64,000 nt of DNA from assembly GCA_949358305.1 (NCBI GenBank), contig OX442314.1, positions 11,594,001-11,658,000 of the forward strand. Direction: 5' to 3'. A program made the position numbers and the translations under genes. Below, piece by piece: positions 48,175 through 61,219 of the stretch. The notes under the pieces are model-generated. The model was given only the letters and a program-made list of their open reading frames with translations. It made no database searches and was not told the origin of the DNA. Numbering within the stretch: the stretch's first letter is position 1; the number at the start of each line of letters is the position of its first letter. This DNA is from Strigamia acuminata. Lineage: Eukaryota.

Positions 48175-49014
48175 AACGTGTCCTAAAAAGTCGTATTCGG
48201 ACTGCTCATCGTCATCTGCGCGTACGAACTCGACTTTTGCCGATTTGGTCGATCGGCACACACGTGTATAATGTCCGGTTTTCTTGCAATTTGCGCATTT
48301 TGATAAGGCGGCGGGGCACGTGGATGAAAAATGTACGTCGTATCCACAGTTTCCGCAAGGTCCGTCGTTATCTTTCGCTTTCGGAGTCGATCGTGTTGGT
48401 TTTCCTCGGTATTTCTTCTCCGGTTGGTCAGTCCGAACGCGTCCTACTTCCGTTTTAGTGTCGAGCGTTGGTCGTAATTCTACTTGTTGTCGTCGAACTT
48501 GCTCGTTCATTCGAACCGTGTCGATAGCTTTTTTTAACGTTAGATCGTCTGCTAACTGTAGCTTTTCGCATAATTGACGGTTTCGTAAACCCACAACGAT
48601 TCGATCGCAGATCAATGTTTCACGGAGATTATCGCTGGTCAATTTGTCCAATTCGCAATTGTCGGCTAATTCGTATAGCGCGGTGATAAAATCGTCCACC
48701 GATTCGTCTTCATGTTGGACCCGTTGATTGAACCGCGCTCGTTCGAAGATAAGGTTTTTCTTTGCGACAAACAATTTATTGAAAGCTGCAATGACGGAAT
48801 CGAATTTTTTTAATTGTTTCGGAGTCAAATTCGACTTTTTTAGAATGTGTTCCGCCTTCCTGCCCATGCTGTATAACAAACCGTCGATCTTGTCTTCGTC
48901 TGTTTTCTCGCGGAGTCCAGAAAAGTTCAAAAATTGTACGAATCTTGTTTTCCATTCGGGCCAGTCGGATGGAGTTGAAAAGTCGAATTGTTCGGGAAAC
49001 GGAGTGGTCGTCAT
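48175..49014 (-). CDS. Gypsy gag segment
   Basis: WPEWKTRF..FERARFNQRVQ..DRIVVGL; two zinc knuckles CGNCGYDVHFSSTC and CANCKKTGHYTRVC. Joins in frame (..FLGHV|VTEFPVQK..) to 41360 after removing Copia 2. Confidence 0.92.
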
Positions 49015-49062
49015 CGTAGCGAAATTTTACGAATGATTTGAGTTTAATTTTAAGTCGGTTTA

Positions 49063-49075
49063 ACCGCTGCCACCA
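49063..49075 (-). promoter_or_regulatory. Gypsy primer-binding site (tRNA-Leu)
   Basis: Minus strand TGGTGGCAGCGGT directly after the LTR; complementary to the tRNA-Leu 3' end ...ACCGCTGCCACCA. Confidence 0.8.
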
Positions 49076-49215
49076 TGTGTTATCAGGAATGAATGAATGA
49101 CTGATCAGCGTGGTTAACAACTAACAAGTCATTTATTATAAGTAAACGTACAATTTATATAAGTCGGGATACGTCATACGTTCGTATGACGTAAATACAA
49201 TTAGCCAATTACACA
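49076..49215 (-). repeat. Gypsy 5' LTR (140 bp, unpaired)
   Basis: TGTGT...ACACA termini; TATATAAA and AATAAA on the minus strand; bounded by the PBS and the GTAAA duplication. Confidence 0.8.
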
Positions 49216-50932
49216 GTAAACTTCAGCTTTTACTTACATTTTTTGTATCATTTGCTCCAATTAATAATATCAAGTTTTTACCATTTAAGTTAGTATGTTT
49301 GGCTAACTCCAGAGTCTGTGCTATATTATTTCCAGATTTAGCAAGAGAATTTTTTCGTAAACAAATAATTTGTTATCTTCAAAATTAATTTTAATAAACC
49401 ATACATACCAAGTGTTTTTCCAGTCATATGTTTGTACAAACGAACCATAAAACTATCACCCATGAATTCGAAGTTATTTGATAAAGCCATTTGTCAAAAC
49501 TAAAAAAAAAATATCTCCTTTCAAAAAAATCTAAAAGTTAGTTGCAAAGCGACGGGTAGAAGTAACTAACTCATGTTGTTGCCATTACTTAATTTTGCAA
49601 CAAAAGTTGAAGAAAAACCGCCACTATTGTGTCGGGCAATCTGTTGCGATTTGTTAAGATAAGTGTAAAGATTTTAATTAAATACCTGGAAACTTTGAAA
49701 TTCAAAACACTACTGGTTTTCAACAAATTTGTCAGATGGGTGTTGTGTTTCAACAAATTGAATTCAGTTTAAACAAATTTTAATTGAAATTCAAGAAATT
49801 TTAATTGAAATCCAAGAAATTTTAATTGAAATTGTGTCGAGCTGCCTTTGCATCCGTTCGAACATTCACAAATTTCAAGAAATTTGAATTGCAATCAAAT
49901 ATTTCCTTTCAAAAAGTCGAAAATATTATGAAAACTTAAAAAATGTAATCAAAAAATGGTAAATATCATGAATTAAATCGAATAAAGCATCAAATAATCA
50001 AACATTTCATAAAAAAAAATTTCCATTCAAAATTCATACATTTCCCTTGAAATTTCGTACATTTTCCTTGAAAATTGGTACATTTCTCTTAAAGATTCGT
50101 ACATTTTCCTTGAAAATTGGTACATTTCTCTTAAAAAGTCGTACATTTTCCTTGAAAAATCGAATTTTTCACTCAAAAATCTATTGGTATTGTATTTCTT
50201 TTTAAAATTCGAACATTTCACTTGAAAAATCGAATTTTTCACTCTAAAATCTATTAGTATTTTGTTTCAAAAATTGGTTTTTGGAATAAGTCAATGTTTT
50301 TATCAAAATTCAACGATTTTTTATATTTCTTTTTCTGTGCATTTTTGGAGTTGTTTTATCAATGATCAACAGAAATATTTTAAAAATTCATCAAATTCGA
50401 TTTCTTTTTTGGATTTTTTAATCGATAATGTTAAAAATTCATCAAAATTTGATTGTTTTATATTTTTTTTAACGGGGTTTAAGTCTTTTTCTCAACTACA
50501 AATGTAAATATTTTTGGTTATTACAAATCAATAACCAAATTTAAATCTTTTTCTGCATTTTTTCCGTCATTTTATCAATTATCTGCGAATACATCGCAAA
50601 AATTCACCAAAACGATCAAAATTTGATCAATTTTTGCTCATTTCACCACCAAAATTTAACCAAAAACCAATAAAAATCCCTTCAATTTCACTCAAAACAT
50701 CAAAAACATAAAAAACATAAAAAAAAGTGAAAAATTATGAAAAAAAATCGAAAATATAATATATTTTACCTTGTATCGTCGATTTCAAACAGTACGGCAC
50801 GCTTTTCGGAAATTAAAATGGCGAAATTGAATTTCGCGCGGTCTGGTGGTGAAAATAGACGAAGCTCCAGGATTGGCTGAATGGGAGGTGAGCTGTGATT
50901 GGTGGCGGCGATCTCTCCCGTGTGTAAAACTA
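49216..50932 (-). repeat. Right inverted arm (distal part) of the palindromic transposon, including a second copy of SGNH exons 1-2
   Basis: Reverse complement of 34422-36208. Confidence 0.93.
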
Positions 50933-50941
50933 CGAACTATC

Positions 50942-51465
50942 GCGGCGGCCATTTTGAATTTGGTCGTAGAAACCAAAACCCGGCATAAACCACTCCAGTC
51001 GTGGTTTTGGTGTTGCAGTGTTTGCTGATGTGTTTTGGCTGTTTTTGATGTCATTCCGTTTATAGAAACGGTGAAAAACCTAAAAACCGAAACTTTGAAC
51101 GTGCCTATTGTTTTAATTTCATAATTGCTAACTAGATAACTTACTCATTCAACTCACCAGAAGGAAAAAGTCGCACTGACTAAAAAACTTGCACACTGCG
51201 AAAAAGAGATAGGTGGCAACGGAGATGTACGTAATTTAAAAATTGTATATTGTGTGTTCTCACTAATGTTGTTTTTTTAAAACTTCTAGCTTAAGCCTTA
51301 CTTGGATTGCCTTCAAAAAAAGTGTCCAGACTTGAAAACATTTCGTACTAACTTCCAAAATGCAAAAAAAGAAATTTGCTAATTAATAAGTTATGAAAAA
51401 ATTATTATATCATTAACAAAAATGGACTGTATCCAATAATATCTATTGCAAAGCAATTAAAATAT
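50942..51465 (+). repeat. Diverged repeat homologous to 24170-24700; the target into which the palindromic element inserted
   Basis: gcggccattttgaatttggtcgta...cattgcaaagcaattaaaatat is shared with 24173-24705. 24153-24175 shows the uninterrupted site. Confidence 0.85.
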
Positions 51466-54400
51466 TTTATTCATGAATTGAGAACTGTACTGCTAATCAT
51501 TTATGGCTTAAATTATCATCAGAGATAAAAAAAAAGTGTTCGTGATAAAATTACTTTTTATATTTCTTAAAGTTTCAATTTAACCCTCGGAGGCACAGTG
51601 TACCTGTTTTGGAAGGCATTACGCATTTAGGGACAATTTTTAGGTTGATTGGTTAAAGCACTATTTAGTTTATTTTTCCAAATGTGTTAAAAATATAATA
51701 GAAGTGTGTGGGCTGTGGGGCCTCTTTATCTCCTGACAAATAATATTTTTATACGTAGTCTGCCACTGTAGGGGACCCATTGTACGTGCGGTATTGTGCA
51801 AATTCTAATTGCAATAAAACTACAAAAAAATTATTGCATTGAATATACTGAATCTTATATGATAAAGATGGACGCCCAGCATCAGCGCCAGCCAGTGATA
51901 GCATATGTAATTGAATTCATTATTGGCACTCCTAGTGCAAAAAAATAGACAGACGATTAAAAATGAAATGAACTTATCGGAATTAAAAAAAATTACAATT
52001 CTGAAATCTTGTGGCCCACATTCTAGAAATCTTGATCTGCTAAAGATTTAAAAATTTCATAAATCTTCAAAAATCCCTGTTAAATCCATTTAAATCTTCA
52101 AAAATTCTTCAAGTCTCAGTTTACAGAAAACGATTGATGCATGAAATATTTACATACATCTGAATATTTAGTTTATATTATATAATACATGAATATTTCC
52201 AAGATTTACTTTATCTTTCTCTGCTACCACAAACATCAATAAATTATGATCGATCGGACGATCAAAAACAAAGCAATTCACTCATAACGAAATCTGCTTT
52301 TCAGATAATACTTTTGAAATAGAATGTTTTATCATCTATTTTCTGTAGTTATAATACTAATGAAATCCCGTAAATCTAATAAAATCCATCCAAATGTGCA
52401 AAGCAAATCACAGAATTAAATTTGCAACGTTTGAATCTTGGCTCGAACTATCCTCATCTTATCAACGTATGGTTGCCCTCTGATTTGTGATTTGCAAATC
52501 ATTATAAATTAAACTAAATCTTCAAATTTTAGCAAATCCAGAAAATTCCATGATTCAATTTGTTGATTTATAAACTAGTACACATTAGGTGAAATACCAA
52601 TTCTAAAAACTTGATTGTAGAAAATGAGAAAATGTATTTTTTAAGAAATATATTTGCAACGAGATTTGCTAGATTTGCAAATCATAAATCAGAGAATGTA
52701 TGAGAATCTTTGATTGAATGTCTCACCCTGAACAGGCCAATATTCAACCAAACTCTCGTTAACCTTTTATGATTTGCAAATCAGATGCAAATCCAGCAAA
52801 TCAGCCAAATTATGATGCAAAATCTTGTCAAAAATCGAGAAATCACACCTTGCACATCATAGGATTTGCTATGCATTTGAAGATTTCAAATTTACAGTCG
52901 GATTTTTAAGAAGATTTTTCTCAATTTTGCTAGTTTCCAAGACAATTTGTAAGATTTCATGGACTTTCAGTATTTCTGGGATTTCATAGATTTTTTAAAT
53001 CTTGACCCATCAGAGATTTCCACCATTGACTACCTCGGAATAACCCGGGGGTGAGGATAGCAATCGGAATTTCTCGCAAAATCTCGCGAGATTATAGCCA
53101 AATCTTAGATTCAGGAGGGATTCAGAAAGATTCAGTCATAGCCATCGATCTCAGCAATCCCCCCCCCCCTTTCACCATTCCCATGTGACAACCACTGAAG
53201 CCTACAGTCCTCTGGTGGCAAATCTAGAAAGTAAACAAATCATTACTACGACGTTCCAAAAATATTCCAATTCATGCCAATAGATGGAGCCATGGTGTCA
53301 ATCCCACACTAGAATTTAGATTTACTTGCAAAATCATCTACTAGATGTCGCTCAACAGTACTCTCTAGATGTGTCCCAAAAAAAAACATGTAAAAAAAGA
53401 CAAAAAAGGAGAAATTCCTAAATATTTCGTAGAAAACGACACTTAAATTTAAATCAAATTATAAAAAGGCAATTTTTTTTAACCGTGTTAAATCAAAAGA
53501 AATCGTATAAAAACGGAATTGAATTTATTTTCTAGGCCTTGTTAAATCAAAATCGTGTAAAAACACAAATGGTCGTGTTTTATCCATCAAAGATGGAACT
53601 GGAGGGTTTCTAGACATCAAAATTGTCCAGATAATAACAAAATAATGAATAAAATCCATAAATGCAAAAAACAGATATTTTACCAATTATAATCACTAGA
53701 ATATTACTCAAAGATGATTTGACAACAACTGTAACGGATAGCACATTAAAACTAACAAAATCTAAACAGATAAACAAAATTTATTTATTTTAAAAATGCT
53801 TTGGGGGTCCCCTCTCAGGAATGTGGAAATTTCTGACTATTATTTGCACACAGCTAAAACAGATTATCTTAACCAATTCTGCCTTGCTAATCTGTTTCAC
53901 CTGTGACAATCACTAATGTTCCCTTCATTTCACCCCTCACACATTCTTGATTTAAACATCTTTCATGTTTTCCTTGATTAGTGTCACAGGTGTCAACCAC
54001 CTGAATTTTCCAAAAAGTTTCAACTCATCCTCTCAAGAGAAGCTTGACATCGACCGCAAACATGTATTTTTCTCCATAACATTTTTGTCCTGTATCAATA
54101 CATTATTCTCGCGTGATCGCATCATCTTCCACACGAGCAATTTAGTGTTGACGATGCAAATTCCAAACACAATTTTCCTCAGTTTGCGAGCGAAAAAGCA
54201 CGCAAGCGTGACATTTTCATCCAGTTTGATCGCACGCCTCCCTTTTGGTCATGTAAACGGGTCACAAAAGGAAGGATGATTGCTTTAAAACAAGATAAGA
54301 TGAGGAAAAAAAATAATAAATAAATAAATAAACATGTAACAATAAAAAAAAAATTATATAACAAAAATAACAAGCTCAAAGATGAGGATGCGACTCCGCC

Positions 54401-57400
54401 GATAAACGAGAGAAATGGAATTTTAAATTGACCCCAGTGATACGTTACAAATTGAATTCTTCTCTCTTGATGTAACATTAATGGTTTCCAAACCACATCA
54501 TCAGAGACCGGGGCTTTTCGGCGCAACTCAAGCGACATCTGGTGCTGGAATTGGCAAACCTCATCGCTAAGAAAGCCAGAGCAAAGAGGATCATCAAAAG
54601 ATACCCTCGTGCTCTTGCCAGATATGTTTAGTGGCACCCAATCTGCAATAAAAGACGACGACCCCCCAACAGTCACCCGAGCGAGAGGACACTGTTCATC
54701 CGGCTAACTGTGGCCGCTTAAATTTTTCATCTTCAATAGTCACAAGTCGGCGCAAGGAGACCCGACTCTCGTTACGACGAACCACTCGAGTCGGTGCATC
54801 CTCTGGTGACGAGAAACGACGACAATTTTTATTAAGAAATTTAATTTTTTTAATTTTAAATATTTTTTTTAAAGGATTTTTTATTGGCTTTTGTTTTGTT
54901 GGGGAAACGTATTGTTCCGTTCGATTTGTCGTTGTAAGAAGGGATAACGGTTGTTGAAGTAGAATCCTGTTTTTATCTCATTTTCGTCGCGGTGTTCACC
55001 GGCGCAGAAAACCCTCGTCGGCACAGGTCTGTAACTCTGTATAGGGATGATTTTTTTCCCTCTCTTTTTTCGGAACCACCCTACGAATTATTCCACGCGA
55101 AATCTCGTGATTACAGGCACCATGCGCACTTTTGCTGTGCGTAGGCGCGTGCCAACGACGCGGGTTCCGGGGTCTCTTTACTGTCATTACCAATTAGCAC
55201 GTTCACGCGAGAGGAGAGAAGAAAAAGAGTTAGTATAGTGAAAAAAAAGAGGGATTTGCAACAAAATTAAGATGTCATGCTTGTAGTCAATTACACATTG
55301 ACTGCCCCTATATTTATATTTATTTATTTTATACATAGAAAAAAGTGTAGAGAAATATAAAAATAAGTTATTTGCACGAATTATTCGATTGTAATTTGTA
55401 ATTTGTAAATAAAACTCGTTTTTTTTATTAAAATTGATAATTTGTTGAGTCAAGCGTCGTTTATATTTAATAATTTAAATAAAAGTCCACCCACAATGCA
55501 TTGCAATATAATTCCAGTGTATTTATGAATTATATGGGACAGGATGCACAGAACTTTATTAAGAATTATAAGAAATTTGGCATAAATTATGTATACAATA
55601 AAAATAAAAAATAAAACCGTTAAATGAAATAACAAAACGCAACAGGCAAATCCCGTGAAATCTCGTGGAACCACACCAACACCATATTTGTTTAATAAAC
55701 CCAAATGTTTACTTACAGTCACTCGAAACATCGCAAATTAACCATAGTATCAGATTCTATTGCACACTTGTGTTTATTTACATCCACCAACACTCATTCC
55801 CTTGTCCAACTTATCGCTAACACAACCCAAAACCATTTTTCAAAAAAATCGCAAAAAAATCGCAAAAAAATTAAATATCCCATCAATCAAACGCAAAAAG
55901 ATAATTTAAATACTTTCCCCAAAAAATAAACAAAACAAAAATCCCACAAATAAAATATATCCGACCAACATCAATCATTCAATGGGAAATATTCAATTGC
56001 AACACACGACGATCCAAGAAAGATGATGTCAGTTTAGGCGACGCCTCGAGTACCTAATATCGGTTCGACCACCCCCTTCATGGTCGGCACATGACAGCTA
56101 TCATCGCCTCAATTTGGCGAGAGGTGACCGCGGGCCAAGCCACTCGCGCGCGCCAATCACACGCTCAGCGACAATTGGGGAAGCGAATTCGACAAATAAA
56201 CACGAGAGAAGACCATTACTCGACATCCCCACACCCACGAGGCATACAGAAATAAAGAAAAGAGAAAGAAAAGAGAGAAAGGCGAAGGGAAATGCAACAA
56301 AACGCAGAAAAAAAAAGTTCCTTTTTCCATTCTATTTCCCATCAAGTTGGCAATTAATTAGACGAAAGAGCATTAAGACGCTTAATTGCCTTTCCTCTTC
56401 ATTTACATGTTAATCAGTCAAGTCGTTAATAAAATTGTGTAATGTTAGTGAATTGCAAGCCGAGGCACCACTTTCCGGTTTCGCCTTTTTGCACGACTCC
56501 TCGTTGCAACGCATTAATTGGATAGACCAAACAAGACAAGACTCAAAATCATTTGGCCGGGATTAGAGACGCAGATTAGGACCAACGATACGCCCACACC
56601 TCGGCGCAGACAAATGGCAGTAATTTGCGGGCTGAGACGAAATTCGCTCGTTAGAAATGTAAACAAAAGCGAATTTTAAAGTTTTTTTAAAGAGTGGAAA
56701 AATAGAATGAAAAAATAAAAGTGGGACGCGTTTGGCCAATGGCTTAGGATCAAAGTGTCTTGTGGGTACAAGGGATCTGATGGAGGAAGTTAAGAACGCG
56801 TCTGCATGTCGTGTGCATTCCTAATTGCGACTCTGTTGGCGGAACTCGGTAATCCGGCTCGGGAGTCCGGCGCGCGGGGTAATCTGGCGCGCGGCGGCCA
56901 GAAGCCCTCAAGGCCGATTACGTCGATCAAATAAGCAAGACGCGTGCGTTTGCGTTTTCCACTCGTTCGATTTCCTTGGGGCAACTGTCACGTCGAGAGA
57001 AAAAGAGGAGAAAGCGAAGGAGAAAAGAGAAAAGTGCAATTGAATAAAGATTCTTCTTTTTTTTTTACTTGTGTGGGTTTAATTGGATTTTATTTGTGAA
57101 ACAAGTGTTGTGTTTGCAACTAGTTTTTTGGATGGACAATATACAATGCATTTTCGGACATATTCCATCTTTATTTCATTCGCAAATGGAAAAACTCACT
57201 ATATAAAATTCAGCAGAAAAATTATTGGACAAATTCTCGCGGTTCGTGCAGGAGAATAGAGGCCCAAATGGCGACAGGGGGACCCCCGAACAACAACAAA
57301 TAATAATAATAATAGTTAATAGATGTCAAAACTAATTTTTGGAACAATTTTAGAATACAGGGCCCCAAAAGGCTGCGTTTCTTGCAGAGAAGGGGCCCAA

Positions 57401-58953
57401 ACGGCGACAGGGGCCCCCGAAAACCAAAAAAAAATATTTAAAAACCCATTTTTAAATATTTTTTTTCAAATAAGGACGAAAAAAGCTGCGAGAAGGGCTC
57501 CAAATAGCGACAGGGACCCCCAACACCAAAAAAAAAATTTTCAAAAGGTTTGCAAGGACCATTTTTTTAAAAAAAAAAATTTTCAAATAAGGACCCCACA
57601 GATCATAAATTGATCTCTGTTAGGGCATATTAAATAAAACCCCGTAACTTGGTATAAAAGCTTTTAAAATAATGAATTCGTTAACATTTTGCTTTAGAAA
57701 TCTTATTAACGTTGTATGAACACAAAATTCGGGTCCAAATATATAAAAAAAATCAATCAAAACACCACAAATTTCCACCGGAATAAATAAATAAAAGTTA
57801 CAAACAGTAGCTGCATTCAAAACCAAGTATTCCTATTCTTTAACACCACAAAAAATAACAAAAACACTTAAAACATTAATCCGTAATTAAATTTTTTACA
57901 ATTTCACCACCAACATTTCCACTCCAAATCCCCCCTCTAGGCCTCCATCCATCAATTTCTCACCTGCCTACTTACAAACCCAAACCCCCAAATCGATACA
58001 CCACTCCGAATCAATAAACCAACTCGTCCGAACTCCTTGGCATCATTACCACCACCAACACAGCACAACGCCACGCAAAACGCACGACAACAGTCAAATA
58101 CCTGGCCATAGAAAACGGACAAAACACACCTCGTTCAACAACCCGCGAGTCAACAGTAGACGAAACAAACATTGGTTTAAGGTCTGCTCCAAGCAATAGA
58201 AAAAGAAAAAGAAAAAGAAAAATCTCTCCCTCCTCCTTTTACCTCGTTTCGTGTTTGTTCGTCCGCGTGAACAAGGTGGGGCTGGGAAAGCACGGGCAAC
58301 CATGGGCAGTCATGGGCCGACACCTCCTGGCAGAGAGAGAGAGAGAGACCGAGACCGGTAGCTAATCCGGATGCGCGCTCCAAGAGCCCCGGGCCCGCCC
58401 CACGGGGGTGAGCGAGGCGAGGGAAACTCTAACTGACCCCCATCAACCATCACAATTGCAGCTGGTTCGAGCGAGGTTCCCTTTTCAACACGACCGCTCC
58501 GCTCCGCTATATTTATATCCTTAGAACACCTTTCGCGTGAATACGTGTCAGGTCTAATTTCGCTAACTACTTTGTCACCAAATGTTGCGCGGTTTGGAAG
58601 CTTTTTCACATGCGAGATACGGAGCCGTCAGAGAGCTTGTGTTGTATAAAAGGGAATTTGAACGGACCCTGGAGACAAGAGAGGGCAATGTGAGACGCTC
58701 TGTGTGATACGATTGAAATGCTGGGGTCACAGATGGACCCTCCTCGGCGTGGACAAGAGAGCACGTCAACAATTTTTCACTTTTGCAGCGATTGGGATGG
58801 GGATGGATGGAATGGGGAGTAAATAAGAGGACAACGTGTTATTATTTTAGGGAATGGTAAATTGTTTATGACGGAAGTGTGTTTGTTTGGTTCCGGGTTG
58901 GAGGAAGAAATTTTTAATCATAAATTTAATTCAATTCAATGATTTTTATTAAA

Positions 58954-59255
58954 TTTCGAATTGAAATCAGTGATTTGTAATAATTTTCATCACATTTCGA
59001 ATCAAAATCAGTGATTTGTAATCAATTTCATTACATTTCAAATCAAAATCAGTAATTTGTAATAATTTTCGTCACATTTCGAATCAAAATCAGTGATTTG
59101 TAATCAATTTCATTAAATTTCGAATCAAAATCATTGATTTGTAATCAATTTCATTACATTTCGAATCAAAATCAGTGATTTGTAATAATTTTCATTAAAT
59201 TTCGAATTAAAATCAGTGATTTGCAACAATTTTCATTAAATTTCGAATCAAATTC
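58954..59255. repeat. 41-bp minisatellite, ~7 copies
   Basis: Unit tttcgaatcaaaatcagtgatttgtaataattttcattaaa. Confidence 0.9.
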
Positions 59256-61033
59256 AACTATTTTCATTGACTATCGAATAAATTTCACAAGATTTCTAAT
59301 CAATTTCAAATAAAAAACCACTCGCATTAAAACCGTTTCACGTCGGTCTTCACTCACACTCCACTCCATTACGCCAAATAATATCAAAACCATCTAAAAA
59401 TCCAACAAAAACAAAAAAAAACTCCCCTATCCACCAAATTTAAAGATAAATTACATCCTTTTCTTTTCTATTCGAGTCGAGCAAGCATTGAAATAAGCCT
59501 AATTCAATGGAGATTTGGCTTATTTAACGAAGACTGTTTTGAATATAAAAAAAAAATTTCTTCCCTTCCCTTTCTCCCATGTCTTGGGATAGTATATATA
59601 AGTAAAAAGGGACTTTTTTCCTTCCAACTGTCGTGCTTGTTTGCCCTCGGGGATTGGTTTACGTGTGCCTCTGTCAAGACCCCTCCAAATCTAGCGTCCC
59701 TTATTATCTTTGACATCTCACCAAACTTGGAGGCGACAGAGGAAAAGAGAACATGAGAATAAATATAAAAAGAGAAAAGAAGGAAGCAAAAAGAAAAAAA
59801 GAAAAAAAAAAAAAATCACCTCGTGGCATTCTTCGGGAGGTGGACAAAAAGGGCGGGAAAAATGCCTCCTCCCTCTCATTAGGGAACCGCTCAGCCATTC
59901 TCCCGTTTCGCCGAGGACTCGTTCCCTGTCACGAGCCTATCTGCGTCCCATCGGGTTTCCCTCGGCTGAATGGACTTGACAGTCCCAACTCCCCCTCAAC
60001 CCCCTCCCCCCCCCGCACCTTCCCTATCCTCTTTCGCACTTCAAGTCGCTATCAAAATCTTGAATGAAAAAATTTCAAAACAAAACAATTAACTGCGAGT
60101 TGTGTGGAAACAAACACCGAAGTATTCGTCTAATATTTTAAGTAGGAATTCACACAAAGTTTACCATTCGTTTGGGTTCAAAGGGGGGAGTAAGTGGATC
60201 TGCAGAAAATACATTATATCCCAATATTTTTTGCAATTTAGATTTTTTTTTTCGAGAATGGACATTAAAACAGTCATAAATCGTCACCATAAACTGCAAA
60301 AACAGACAAAAAATTACTAGAGTGGTTTTTCAAGTGGTTTATGCAACCTGGTTTTGATTTACGCAACCAAATCCAAAATGGCAGCCACACAATTATGTCG
60401 GAGTAAAAGTTACGTTTCGTTTCTTCCAGATGAAGTATCCACCGTGTGGAAAGTGAGGATAAACCGAATTGTGATTTTGTAATTTTTCGATTTTGGATTT
60501 GTCACGTGACATCAGTTCCACCAATCATGTGCATAATTGCAAAAACTCAAATGAGGAAAAAATGCAAAAATCACAAAATCAAGCAAAAGGTAGTTTTTGC
60601 AATTTTGGCAAGCGATTTTGAGACGTGTCAAACACAAAACAAAATGGTGGCGGCCAAGCTCGATCTAAGTGGCCATCACAAATAATTCGCAATGTATAGC
60701 GAAGTATTTTTGAATCCGTAATAACCGGCCATACCAAGAAACAACTACCGAAGATTCAGAAACACTTATACCGGTAAGTATATGAAAATGTTATTTGTAT
60801 CAAATTTTTAAAATTTTCGTTTCGGCGTACAAAATTTTTTCTACATCACATTTTATGGTTGCTTGGGTCATGTGACTTAAATCAACCAAATTTGACGGCA
60901 TCAAAAACGATTAATTTACAAAATGATAAATTTTTAATTTAATTTACTTGTAAAACCCCCAAAAAATCATCCAAACTAGAAATAATGAGACCCATTCATT
61001 CAAATTGACAACATTTCAATTCCCAATGCAATA

Positions 61034-61219
61034 CAGTCAAAGCTGTGTAGACCGGACATAGGACGGGTCCCAGAAACTTGTCCGGTCTAGGGAATGTCCG
61101 GATGGGAGAGGCGATTTAACATTGCTGGGTATAGGGCGGGACCAAATTAGGCCCTCCAAACTGTCCGGTCTACACAGCTGTCCGGACGGTGCTATGTCCG
61201 GTCTACACAGCTTTGACTG
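61034..61219. mobile_element. 186-bp pogo/Tigger-type MITE
   Basis: 28-bp TIR CAGTCAAAGCTGTGTAGACCGGACATAG, TA on both sides, inner repeat tgtccggtctacacagct at 61162. Confidence 0.9.

Larger units (their letters stand above)
38112..49215 (-). mobile_element. Ty3/Gypsy (Mag-like) LTR retrotransposon, interrupted twice, 3' LTR missing
   Basis: 140-bp 5' LTR, tRNA-Leu PBS and gag-PR-RT-RH-IN order. GTAAA is duplicated at 38107-38111 / 49216-49220, within intron 2 of the right-arm SGNH copy. Confidence 0.92.
34422..50932. mobile_element. Non-autonomous palindromic (foldback-like) DNA transposon, Academ- or MULE-like; ~5.4 kb without nested elements
   Basis: Ends TAGTTTTACACACGGG / CCCGTGTGTAAAACTA with an exact 9-bp TSD CGAACTATC (34413-34421 / 50933-50941). 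Inverted arms are 34422-36378 versus 37937-38111 + 49216-50932. Confidence 0.9.

Noticed and set aside
52000..53100. Region rich in gatttgcaaatc palindromes as a defined element
   Set aside because: It is probably a decayed repeat, but I could not fix termini or a TSD, so it is not called.
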